Positions 53,993-62,189 of a stretch of 64,000 nucleotides of DNA are shown one piece after another. The notes beneath the pieces are model-generated. The model ran no database searches and was not told where the DNA came from. It was given only the letters and a program-made list of their open reading frames with translations. The stretch's first letter is position 1, and each line of letters starts with the position of its first letter. Source of the stretch: a virus. The DNA is taken from IMG/VR virus record IMGVR_UViG_3300012351_000009; one strand, 5' to 3'. Both the position numbers and the translations under genes were made by a program.

Positions 53993-54799
53993 TCAGCAGC
54001 CGTCGCTCGGGGACCAGGGCTGGGTGCCGCGGGCCGCGTAGACGGCCGCGAAGACCCGGTTCTGCTCGGCTACGGAGGCGTGGCCGAAGTCAGCCGCACT
54101 GCCGCCGCCGCTAGCCCAGGTTCCGGCGTCGAACTGGTACAGGCCGTAGTGGCCGCTGGCGTTCATCACCTGGGACTGGCCGCCGGACTCACGCTCGACC
54201 ACACACGCCTGGTAGCCGCTGTAGCTGCCGGCGCTGACGTTGCCGCTGTAGCCGCCTGACGAAACGGTCCGGTAGCTGCCGGCGGACTGGCGGGCCGTCG
54301 CGGCTTCATGCCGCAGTGGCGGCGGGGGCGCCGGGATCGCCTGCAGCGCGGCATGAGCCAGCCATGCGTACCCCGGGTGCCAGGGGTCGATCTTGATCAC
54401 CTGGCCGGCCCGCAGGACGTTCGGGTTCGGGATCTTGGCCTTGCTGACCCACCACAGGGCGGGCCACAGGTCGGCGCTGCCGTAGAAGCGTTTCGCCAGG
54501 CTGGACAGCGTGTCGCCGGGCCGGACCGTGTAGTACCACACGGCATTAGCCGGGTGATTTGCTGTCGTGCTGAGCGTGGCAGTGTTCGTGATAGCGGCCC
54601 GCGGGGCGTCCGGAGCCGGGACGAGCTGGGCGTTGGCTACTCCCTGACCTGACGTCACTGCGACGGCGGCGAGAGCGATGGCCGCACTGACCGAAGTGGT
54701 CCCGTGCGGCCGGTATTTGTGGCGCGACCGGTGCCGCGCCTGGTAAGGCCGCGTTCCCCCTACCGCCTTGCGATGCCTCCCCTTATCTGCACCCGACAT
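53993..54799 (-). CDS. rpf: Resuscitation-promoting factor (LysM + Rpf transglycosylase), secreted
   Basis: GRHRK plus signal peptide; YTVRPGDTLSSLA...IPNPNVLRAGQVI (LysM); CVVERESGG...YGLYQFDAGTW...EQNRV...QPW..C. Confidence 0.88.
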   Translation of the reverse strand: MSGADKGRHRKAVGGTRPYQARHRSRHKYRPHGTTSVSAAIALAAVAVTSGQGVANAQLVPAPDAPRAAITNTATLSTTANHPANAVWYYTVRPGDTLSSLAKRFYGSADLWPALWWVSKAKIPNPNVLRAGQVIKIDPWHPGYAWLAHAALQAIPAPPPPLRHEAATARQSAGSYRTVSSGGYSGNVSAGSYSGYQACVVERESGGQSQVMNASGHYGLYQFDAGTWASGGGSAADFGHASVAEQNRVFAAVYAARGTQPWSPSDGC

Positions 54800-54930
54800 G
54801 CCTCTCCCTACGAAGGGTGATGCGCCCCGGACACAGGCCGGCAAGCCGACGCGGGGTCCTGACGCCGATTAAGCACAGGACCGTAACAGCCAGGTCATGA
54901 GCCGGGCAGGGAAATCACAAGATTCCTAGG

Positions 54931-57693
54931 TCACCGGCTGGAGCTGGACGGCAGCGGGTTGGACGGGGCCGTCGCCGCCGCGGCGGCGTTGTCGGAGTTG
55001 GACGGCAGCAGCTTCAGCAGCTGCTTGGCCTCGCTGGTCAGGCCGATCTGCTGGGTGACGCCGCTGCCGCCCGCCTGCGGGTGCTGCTTCTGGTACTGCG
55101 ACAGGCTCACCCCGGCCCTGGACTTGCTGGCCTGCTCGCCGGTCACGCTGGCGCCGGGGTCGGTCAGGCCCTGGGTGATGTTGCCCGTGGTCCCCAGGTT
55201 CTTGCCGCCGGAGTCGTAGAACTGGACGTTGCCGGCTTCCATCTCGTTGGGGAAGTTCTTCATCGCGTCCTCGAAGGACATGACCCGGGTGCCCGAGGCG
55301 GTCTGCACGGCGACCTGGGCGCCCTTGGGGACGTTCTGGATCAGGGCCTCCAGCACCGGGTTGCGCTTGCCGGACTTCCTCTCCGCGCCCAGGTAGGTGT
55401 TGGCCGCGCCAGGGCCGCTGGGGCCGTGCTGGAGGACCTGCTGCCAGGTGCTGCCCCCGTGCACGTCAGGGCCGACCTGCCCGCCCGGCAGCAGGGTGGA
55501 GAGGGCGCCGAGGACATGACCCAGCACGCCCGTGCCCCCGACCGGCTTGGCCAGCCCGAATTTCCCGGCCGCGGCGCCGCCTGTGCGGCCCGCGGACACC
55601 GAGCCGCCGGGTCCTCCCCCGCCGCCGCCCGCGGCACCGCCAGCCGCGCCTGCCCCGGAGTTGCTGGCCAGGGTGTTACCGCCGACGTTCTCCACGACGT
55701 AGGCCATGACATTGGCCGGGGTCAGCGGGACCGAGGTCAGCTGGGACAGCACGCTGGCCCAGACGTTCAGGTCGATGTTGGCCTGCACCTGGTACTTGTT
55801 CAGGAACTGGGTGGAGATCTGCGCGACCAGGGCCGGCTGCTGCTTGATCGCCGCGGTGCCTCCCGCGGCGGCCACCATCGACTGCAGGTCCGAGATCATC
55901 GCCGGGGTCATCCCGGGCAGCTGGCTGATGAACTGCTGCTCCGACGCGCTGGCCAGGGCGTTGTACCCGGCCGGGTTGGTGCGCTGGGTGTACTGGATCG
56001 CCGCCGGGGTCATGCCGGACTGGCCCGCCAGCATGTACTGCATGCCGGCGCCGCTGATCCCGGCGAAGCTCGTCTTGGCGAACGCGTTGCCGTAGGAGGC
56101 CTGGGTGACGGCCTGGCCGCCGGCCAGCTGGGGAGCGCCGCCGGCCGCGCCGGCCTGGATGGCGGTGTTCAGCAGGTCGTTGAAGTTGTTCCGGGCCTGC
56201 TTGGCGTTGGTGCCCGCCTTGCCCGCGACGTCGGACAGCGTGGTCATCGCGTCGCCGACCGACTTCAGGCTGACCGTGGCGTTCTGGCTGGCCGTCTGCA
56301 GGATCTCTGCCGCCTGATCCGGGTTGACGCCGTTGGCGGTGTACTGGTGGTACATGAAGTTCAGCGCGCTCTGCCGGTTCTGCATCTGCTGGCCCTGGCC
56401 GACCGCGCGCTGAGTGAAGCCCATCGAGGTGACGTCGCCGAACATCTGGGCGGCCACGCCCTCGGGCACCCGGCCGAACATCGAGGCCTGGTAGGCAAGC
56501 GCGTGCAGCCGCTCGGTCTGGGCCCCGAGGTTGGTGCCGCCCTCGGTCTCCTGGTACATGCGCCCGGCTTCGCGCTGGCTGGTGTAGACGTCAGCGACCT
56601 TGTTCGCTATGTCGATGCCCAGGCCGAGGAAGGGGACCTTCTTGAGCATCCCGAGGAAGCCGCCCGGCGTACCGCCGGTCATCGCGACCCGGGCACCGAG
56701 ATTCTGCCGCGCGGCGGTCATCCATGACGCATTACCGCCGGGGCCGCCGGCTCCGGGGGCGCCTCCGCCAGGCCCGCCTCCTCCGGGAGCGCCGGGGCCG
56801 CCGCCGCCGGGACCACCCGGCCCGCCGCCTCCGCCGCCGCTTCCTGAAGGCGGGGGCATCTGGGACGTCGGCGGGGGCGGCGTCATCCGGCCGGGCGCGC
56901 CCTGGGGCGGCTGCGCGGCTCCCCCAGGCGGCTGGGCCACCGCGGGCTGTGCCTCTGACGGCGCGGGCAGGATAGGAGCCTCCGGCCGCGGGATCTTCGC
57001 CCCGGCCGCCGCGGCGACGTTCAGGCCGAGTTCGCCGAGCCGGCCGGGGCCGCCTTCCTGCTCGGCCTCGACGGCGCCCTTGACCGCAGCCCCGGTCGCT
57101 GCCGCCAGGATGGCCGCTGTGCTCCCGCCTGCGTCGGCCGGAGCAGCCGCCTGACCCGGCACGGGAGCCTCTCCAGGGGTCGCTGCGGCGCCCTGGGCGA
57201 CCGCCTGGGCGACTGAGCGGCGAGGGCGCCTCGGCGTGGTCCCGGCGGGTGTGACATCGAGCGAGGGCAGGCCCTTCTGCTCCGGGTTGTACAGCGGGAT
57301 CCCGGCGATCATCTCGCCGAGCCGCTGGGCGCCGTAGGCGTGCAGGTTCTGCAGGCTGGTCAGGGCGCCCATGCCGGTCATCTTGGTCATGCCCATGGTC
57401 ACGTCGGCCGGGATGCCGCCGGTTGCGGTCAGGTGCTTCAGGACGTCCTCGCGCATCCGGGGGCGGTACTGCGCCATGACGCCGCCGACGTGGCCCATGG
57501 CCTCTGCGCGCCCCGCTCCCGGGGCTGCCATCCTGGTCTGGAGATCCAGCTGCTCCTGCATGATGACCGACTGCTTGTCGATCGAGGTCTTCAGCGCCGG
57601 GATGCTCTCAATCAGCACGTCGAAAACAGATTTGAGATCGTTGCCGCCGTCAGGGTCGGGCGCCTGGTCCGGCCGGTTGACGCGCGATGCCAT
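54931..57693 (-). CDS. Tape measure protein
   Basis: About 920 aa, Ala/Gly/Gln-rich, downstream of the frameshifted chaperones. Confidence 0.8.
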   Translation of the reverse strand: MASRVNRPDQAPDPDGGNDLKSVFDVLIESIPALKTSIDKQSVIMQEQLDLQTRMAAPGAGRAEAMGHVGGVMAQYRPRMREDVLKHLTATGGIPADVTMGMTKMTGMGALTSLQNLHAYGAQRLGEMIAGIPLYNPEQKGLPSLDVTPAGTTPRRPRRSVAQAVAQGAAATPGEAPVPGQAAAPADAGGSTAAILAAATGAAVKGAVEAEQEGGPGRLGELGLNVAAAAGAKIPRPEAPILPAPSEAQPAVAQPPGGAAQPPQGAPGRMTPPPPTSQMPPPSGSGGGGGGPGGPGGGGPGAPGGGGPGGGAPGAGGPGGNASWMTAARQNLGARVAMTGGTPGGFLGMLKKVPFLGLGIDIANKVADVYTSQREAGRMYQETEGGTNLGAQTERLHALAYQASMFGRVPEGVAAQMFGDVTSMGFTQRAVGQGQQMQNRQSALNFMYHQYTANGVNPDQAAEILQTASQNATVSLKSVGDAMTTLSDVAGKAGTNAKQARNNFNDLLNTAIQAGAAGGAPQLAGGQAVTQASYGNAFAKTSFAGISGAGMQYMLAGQSGMTPAAIQYTQRTNPAGYNALASASEQQFISQLPGMTPAMISDLQSMVAAAGGTAAIKQQPALVAQISTQFLNKYQVQANIDLNVWASVLSQLTSVPLTPANVMAYVVENVGGNTLASNSGAGAAGGAAGGGGGGPGGSVSAGRTGGAAAGKFGLAKPVGGTGVLGHVLGALSTLLPGGQVGPDVHGGSTWQQVLQHGPSGPGAANTYLGAERKSGKRNPVLEALIQNVPKGAQVAVQTASGTRVMSFEDAMKNFPNEMEAGNVQFYDSGGKNLGTTGNITQGLTDPGASVTGEQASKSRAGVSLSQYQKQHPQAGGSGVTQQIGLTSEAKQLLKLLPSNSDNAAAAATAPSNPLPSSSSR

Positions 57694-57738
57694 GGCACTC
57701 CCTCGATCGCCTTCTCTTCTTCCGGGACTGAGACGATA

Positions 57739-57761
57739 TGCTATATTCCTTAGGAATAACC
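57739..57761 (+). promoter_or_regulatory. Extended -10 TGCTATATT plus CCTTAGGAATAACC
   Basis: Drives the small ORF and array 5. Confidence 0.65.
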
Positions 57762-57779
57762 GGAGGGAAAAATGCGGCC

Positions 57780-58043
57780 ATGACAACCCGAACCGCCAAG
57801 CTCGTGCCGTGGTACCACCAGCGGATGGACCAGTGCTCCGCGACGACGGCCAGGAAGGAGCGGTGCAAGTTCAGCGCAAGCTGGAAGGTCCCCGGCATGA
57901 CGAGCATCTACGGCGGGGACATGACAGTCTGCAAACCCCACGCCGACATGCTCACGATGGAGGGATACCAGATCAGGCGCATCCGCCCCAAGAAGGTGAA
58001 CCTGGAGCGCGAGCAGCACGCAGCCCTGCAGAGCGTCAGCTGA
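57780..58043 (+). CDS. Small Cys/His (Zn-binding-like) protein directly upstream of array 5
   Basis: QCSATTARKERC...VCKPH; GGAGGG RBS; stop codon overlaps the first GAGGCAGTC of the array. Confidence 0.6.
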   Translation: MTTRTAKLVPWYHQRMDQCSATTARKERCKFSASWKVPGMTSIYGGDMTVCKPHADMLTMEGYQIRRIRPKKVNLEREQHAALQSVS

Positions 58044-58507
58044 GGCAGTCACGGTGCGGCCCGGATGGGCCCGCCACAGCTAGGCACAGCACGGCAGTCA
58101 AGGCGTGGTTGGCCGGGCCGGGATGGGCCAGGCTCAGCACGGCAGTCATGGCACGTGATCGCACAGCTGGGCTCGCCGCGGTCGCGATCGGCCCGGCAGT
58201 CTTGGCCGGGTATCGCGTGGATTGGTCAGCTGGGTACGGCAGTCGAGGCAAGGCTAGGCCTGGGCATCCAGGCAGGGCCTGGTTAGGCGAGGCAGTTAAG
58301 GCATAGCACTGCTGCTCAGGGCGCGGAAGGGCCGTTAAGGCGTGGCACGGCTTGGACAGGCTTCTCCTGGCAAGGTGTGGCGGGGCCAGGCAGCCCTGGC
58401 CGGGTGAGGCGGGTTTAGGCCTTGCCGGGCGCGGTTTCGCGGGGCCTGGCAGTCCGGGCGTAGCCGGGAGTCGCAAGGCGTGGCTGGTCGAGGCTCGGCT
58501 AGGCAGG
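58042..58507 (+). ncRNA. Array 5: NN-GGC pentamer units
   Basis: 58051-58099 = ACGGT GCGGC CCGGA TGGGC CCGCC ACAGC TAGGC ACAGC ACGGC AGTC. Confidence 0.72.
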
Positions 58508-58531
58508 CTAATTACTCACGTGAGTAATTAG
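58508..58531. promoter_or_regulatory. Perfect 24-bp palindrome (terminator or operator)
   Basis: CTAATTACTCACGTGAGTAATTAG. Confidence 0.6.
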
Positions 58532-59010
58532 CCCCACTCCAGCTCGCTGGCGTCGGCCGGGGACGGGCGGAAACGTCCCGTTCCCGGCCGGAGTCCCGCC
58601 TCGGGCTCACGCGGCGGCGGGGGCTGCGCTACCTGATCAGGCAGCGTCACATGCGCGCCCCGCATCATCATCTCCAGCTCGTCGGCAACCTGCGCCGCGC
58701 TCGTCTTCTCCCACTGGAAGCCGGACATGTCGGCGCCGGTCTCGGGGAAAGCGAAGTCGTCGCCCTGGGGCTTGCCGAAGTGCTCGGGCCAGACCCGGGC
58801 CGGGTCAGCCCGGCCCGCGGCGACCACGGCCCGCAGTGCCGCCTGGAGGCTCTCCTGCTGGCGCTGGATGCCCTCCCGGAAGATCAGGACCGACAGGCAC
58901 AGCTCCTGCACGGGTGACAGCGACGGGCCGCTCAGGAGCCCTCTCCGCCAGGCAAGCTGGATGTCGAGGTCAAGTCCTGCGTCGGCCCCGGCGGGGCCGA
59001 TCCTTTTCCC
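58528..59010 (-). CDS. Tail assembly chaperone, -1 frame extension (gpGT-like)
   Basis: The -1 frame from GGGAAAA reads GKRIGPAGAD...QELCLSVLIFREG... Confidence 0.7.
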   Translation of the reverse strand, partial: GKRIGPAGADAGLDLDIQLAWRRGLLSGPSLSPVQELCLSVLIFREGIQRQQESLQAALRAVVAAGRADPARVWPEHFGKPQGDDFAFPETGADMSGFQWEKTSAAQVADELEMMMRGAHVTLPDQVAQPPPPREPEAGLRPGTGRFRPSPADASELEWG

Positions 59011-59531
59011 AGCTCCGCCATGATCTTGCGGACCCGGCCCTCCAGCTCCAGGTAGCGCTCGAAGATCGCGTCGATGGTGTAGGAGTACCAGCGGCCGGCG
59101 TACCGGAACCGCTCCTCGGCCCAGCCGATCGAGCCGGCGTCCTGCTCGCCGAGCGGGGACGGCATCGGGCGGCCGTCCACGCTCTCGACGCACAGCGCCA
59201 CCATCGCGATGGCGTGCGCGCGAGTCCCGCCCAGGGTCTCGGCCCAGGCGCTGCCCAGCTGGGCGACGATCAGCTCCTCGTCGCTGCGCAGCGTCCGGAT
59301 CCGGAAGACATGGCCCTGCCAGCTGAACCGGCCGCGCAGGGCGCCCAGGTACAGCAGGCCGTGGAAGTCGGTGCGCCAGCGCGGGTCGGGGTCCTCGGCG
59401 GCCAGCTCCTCGCCCTCGCCCGGGGTGGTCTCATCGGCCAGGGGCGTCAGCGGGCCCGGGAGAGGCGGATCTCCCGGGTTCCATCCTGGCGGCGGCACCC
59501 ACCCCGGCGGTGCCCCGTCGGGGAAGCTCAC
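58932..59531 (-). CDS. Tail assembly chaperone (gpG-like)
   Basis: Between tube and tape measure; carries the slippery heptamer near its 3' end. Confidence 0.75.
   Translation of the reverse strand: MSFPDGAPPGWVPPPGWNPGDPPLPGPLTPLADETTPGEGEELAAEDPDPRWRTDFHGLLYLGALRGRFSWQGHVFRIRTLRSDEELIVAQLGSAWAETLGGTRAHAIAMVALCVESVDGRPMPSPLGEQDAGSIGWAEERFRYAGRWYSYTIDAIFERYLELEGRVRKIMAELGKGSAPPGPTQDLTSTSSLPGGEGS
59004..59010 (-). other. -1 programmed frameshift slippery site GGGAAAA
   Basis: CTG GGA AAA GGA in the 0 frame, giving G GGA AAA. Confidence 0.75.
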
Positions 59532-59536
59532 CGGGC

Positions 59537-59734
59537 TCAGCCCTCCTTGACCTCCGTGTCGATATCGCCGTCAGCCTGGAAGGTCACGACGACCTCGCGG
59601 CCGTTGACGTCGAGATCGCACACGATATCGCCGCTGGCCTGCGGCGTGACCGTCAGGTCCGCCGTCACCCAGTCGTTCAGGGTGACGCCCGCGGTGGCGC
59701 TGATGCCAGGCGCCTGCTGTGCCGGCGTGCTCAC
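59537..59734 (-). CDS. Small acidic protein
   Basis: Track ORF with RBS. Confidence 0.55.
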   Translation of the reverse strand: MSTPAQQAPGISATAGVTLNDWVTADLTVTPQASGDIVCDLDVNGREVVVTFQADGDIDTEVKEG

Positions 59735-60096
59735 CGGTAGCCTCCCGTGTTCTTGAACAGGGTCGTGGACCGCACCGCCTGGGTGGCCACCGGGGGAATG
59801 AAGCGCGGGATCGCGCTCCCGTGGCCGCTCTCGTTGACGAACCCCGGGATCGTCTTCTCCATCATGCGGGGTGCCTGCGGGGCCTGGGCCCGAACCCCGG
59901 CCGCCGGAGCGGCCTCCGCGGTCATGTGCGCGGCGGCATCCGCGTGCATGTCAACAGCCGTCGTCATCACCGGGGGAGTGACGACGGCATCAGCCGGAGC
60001 CGCGGCCGGGGCAGGATTCACCGGGACCTCGACCATGCCGGAGGCGATATTGCCCGCGGTGTCCGTGGCCTGGATCTCGATCTGGAGCAGCGGCAT
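59731..60096 (-). CDS. Ig-like/Pro-Ala-rich small structural protein
   Basis: IQATDTAGNIASGMVEVPV resembles TVTGTDAAGNSASAT of the neighbour. Confidence 0.55.
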   Translation of the reverse strand: MPLLQIEIQATDTAGNIASGMVEVPVNPAPAAAPADAVVTPPVMTTAVDMHADAAAHMTAEAAPAAGVRAQAPQAPRMMEKTIPGFVNESGHGSAIPRFIPPVATQAVRSTTLFKNTGGYR

Positions 60097-60420
60097 CTAG
60101 GCCGCCGGGGGCGTGCCGACCGTAGTCTGCAGGACGGCCAGGCCCGTGCCGTCGTTGCTGACCACGGTGTAGGTGTCGCCGAAGCTGTCGGCCGCCTCGA
60201 CGTCCACCGGCTGCGACGGGCCCTGGGTGGTGACGAGCACCTGGGACGTGGCCGAGGCGGAGTTCCCGGCTGCGTCGGTGCCGGTCACCGTGACGGTGAG
60301 AGGCTGGGCCTGGCTCTGGGCGTCGGCGTAGGCGACGTTCAGCGTCAGGACGTCGCCGACGTTGTAGCTCGGCTTGTCCGTGGTGACGACGAGTGTCGGG
60401 ACGGTGGCGGGGGTAGTCAT
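60097..60420 (-). CDS. Ig-like virion decoration protein
   Basis: VTTDKPSYNVGDVLTLNV...TVTGTDAAGN. Confidence 0.65.
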   Translation of the reverse strand: MTTPATVPTLVVTTDKPSYNVGDVLTLNVAYADAQSQAQPLTVTVTGTDAAGNSASATSQVLVTTQGPSQPVDVEAADSFGDTYTVVSNDGTGLAVLQTTVGTPPAA

Positions 60421-60501
60421 GGGGTTCCTTCCGTAAGGTCTCATACCTTCCGGGGGCAGCCCTTGAAGCGTGGTAAATTAGCAAGGAATATAGAGAGGGG
60501 C

Positions 60502-61116
60502 ATGCTTGTGAGCGACAACGACGAGGCCAGCATCACTGGCGGGGTGTACGACGAGCCGCAGGAGCGGCTGACCCGGATCGCCGGGGCGATGACCCAGGCG
60601 ATGACAGACCACCCGGAGCACGGGGATGACCTCCGCCTTGTCGTCATGCTGCATGACGACAAGGGAGGCAGCGGCTCGGCGTTGTACGGGTACCCCGAGG
60701 GCGAGGAACTCAGCGCTGAGTCACTGACCGATGTCGTGAAGCACCTCAGCGCCCTGTTCAGGGCCGCGGGGATCAGCATGGACGTGAAGACCGTCCCGGG
60801 GGAGACCGGCCCGGAAGAGCCGTCCGGGCAGGCGCCGAAGGTCGTGCTGACCCTCTCATCCGACGCACTCGACCCGCAGCTGCGAGCGGTCTGCGATGCC
60901 GTCAAGGAGGCAGTTGAGGCGACGTCGGGCACAGCCAGGACCAAGATGGTCGTCATCCTGAACATCGAGGGCGGGGACAGCGCCCTGATGCACCACGGCT
61001 ATGACAGCCAGCACCAGGTAGCGCACGCCCTGTTCGACACGTTCCGGACCATAGTCGCGGCCGAGGGCGGCCATATCGCCGTCATCCCGGTCATGGACCC
61101 CGGGATCCTGAACTGA
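60502..61116 (+). CDS. Hypothetical protein with internal tandem duplication
   Basis: Two repeats of helix-VV(M/I)L-GG-GY-helix; upstream TGGTAAATT extended -10. Confidence 0.6.
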   Translation: MLVSDNDEASITGGVYDEPQERLTRIAGAMTQAMTDHPEHGDDLRLVVMLHDDKGGSGSALYGYPEGEELSAESLTDVVKHLSALFRAAGISMDVKTVPGETGPEEPSGQAPKVVLTLSSDALDPQLRAVCDAVKEAVEATSGTARTKMVVILNIEGGDSALMHHGYDSQHQVAHALFDTFRTIVAAEGGHIAVIPVMDPGILN

Positions 61117-61349
61117 TGGGCCTCCTCAGCCGCTGGCGCCGGGTGTGCCGGGCCCACGGGGCTGAAAAGGTCTACGACCACGATTTCGATTCGTATCGCT
61201 GCAAGTACTGCGGGCACCGCCTCAGGACGCACGGTAAGGAGCCGGTAGCGACCCGGATGATGCCGATGCGGCGCTGGATCCCCGAGCTGGCCGGGCGGCG
61301 CTGGGCCAGGCGCACCAGGGCCGGCAGCACCCGGCTCAGCTCGCGGTGA
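61116..61349 (+). CDS. Small Cys/His protein
   Basis: CRAH...CKYC; TGATG coupling. Confidence 0.5.
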   Translation: MGLLSRWRRVCRAHGAEKVYDHDFDSYRCKYCGHRLRTHGKEPVATRMMPMRRWIPELAGRRWARRTRAGSTRLSSR

Positions 61350-61534
61350 CCCACCGCAAGGACAAGGCCGAGGAGCAGGCCATCGCGCTGCTGGCGCGCG
61401 TAGTGGCGATGTCTGTCGCTGATCGCGACGCCCTGCCCGGCTCCGCAGTCAGGCACGTCAAGGCGGCCCTCACCATCATGAGGAAGAGGCGGAGGCCTAC
61501 ATCCCGGTCAGGGGCGAGTACTGATTCGAGTTGA
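61346..61534 (+). CDS. Small basic protein
   Basis: GTGA overlap. Confidence 0.45.
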   Translation: MTHRKDKAEEQAIALLARVVAMSVADRDALPGSAVRHVKAALTIMRKRRRPTSRSGASTDSS

Positions 61535-62030
61535 GCGGGATGTAGTGCGTGTAGGCCGCGGTGATTCCCTTGGTCACGGCCAGCGCCCCGACGGTTACCG
61601 TGTCGCCGTCGTTGACATCGACGACCACCACGTTCTGGTACAGCTTGCCGCGCCAGGCGCCCGGGTTGCTCGCGGTGCCCGGCGGCTTGATGATCAGCGA
61701 GGCCGTCACGTACTGCGGGTTGGCGGCCAGGGCGGCGAAGATGTCGACGATCGACCAGGTGCCGGCCAGGCCGGCCAGCTGCCACCAGACCGGCTGGTTC
61801 CACAGCTCGCGGATCGTCAGCATCAGCGTGCCGCCGGCCAGCACGCGCGAGGTCGCGATCTCCACCGGGTGCGTGGCGCCGATCGGCTGGATGAACTGGA
61901 ACGGCTGGCCGGCGTCGGAGAAGGCCCGCTGGCCGGAGTCCTCCCAGCCCTCGCAGAAGGCGATCGGCTGGTTGTTGTAAGACAACACGGTGTAACCGCT
62001 GCCTACCACCCTCACGAGCGTCTTGGCCAT
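61497..62030 (-). CDS. Tail tube protein
   Basis: MAKTLVRVVGSGYT...IQPIGATHPVEIAT...GTLMLTIRELWNQPVW; follows the sheath. Confidence 0.8.
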   Translation of the reverse strand: MAKTLVRVVGSGYTVLSYNNQPIAFCEGWEDSGQRAFSDAGQPFQFIQPIGATHPVEIATSRVLAGGTLMLTIRELWNQPVWWQLAGLAGTWSIVDIFAALAANPQYVTASLIIKPPGTASNPGAWRGKLYQNVVVVDVNDGDTVTVGALAVTKGITAAYTHYIPLNSNQYSPLTGM

Positions 62031-62091
62031 CGCGGTCTCCTCCCGAGTCCTTACGCGCACTACTCGTCTCTTCCCGGGCCCGCTGCAGAGC

Positions 62092-62108
62092 TGCTATGAT
62101 TATTGATA
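62092..62108 (+). promoter_or_regulatory. Extended -10 TGCTATGAT plus TATTGATA, upstream of array 6
   Basis: Recurrent motif. Confidence 0.65.
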
Positions 62109-62189
62109 GTCCCTGCTCGGAGCCCGCCAGGTGCGCTGCAGCGGAGGCATACGAAACCCGGAGCCTTTCGACACCATTTAGGCAGTAAT

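Noticed and set aside
54800-54930. Possible c-di-AMP (ydaO) riboswitch upstream of rpf
   Set aside because: Only a short GGTCCTG/CAGGACC hairpin is visible; the conserved riboswitch elements are not present
58317-58375. Reading one unit's dinucleotides as codon positions 1-2 gives K/N-V-T-F/L-H/Q-F/L-L-N/K-V-G-Q/H, reminiscent of the metallo-beta-lactamase FLDVGQG motif
   Set aside because: A single hand-picked degenerate match; other units are rich in TG/TA pairs that fit codons poorly. It needs a real gapped database search before it means anything.
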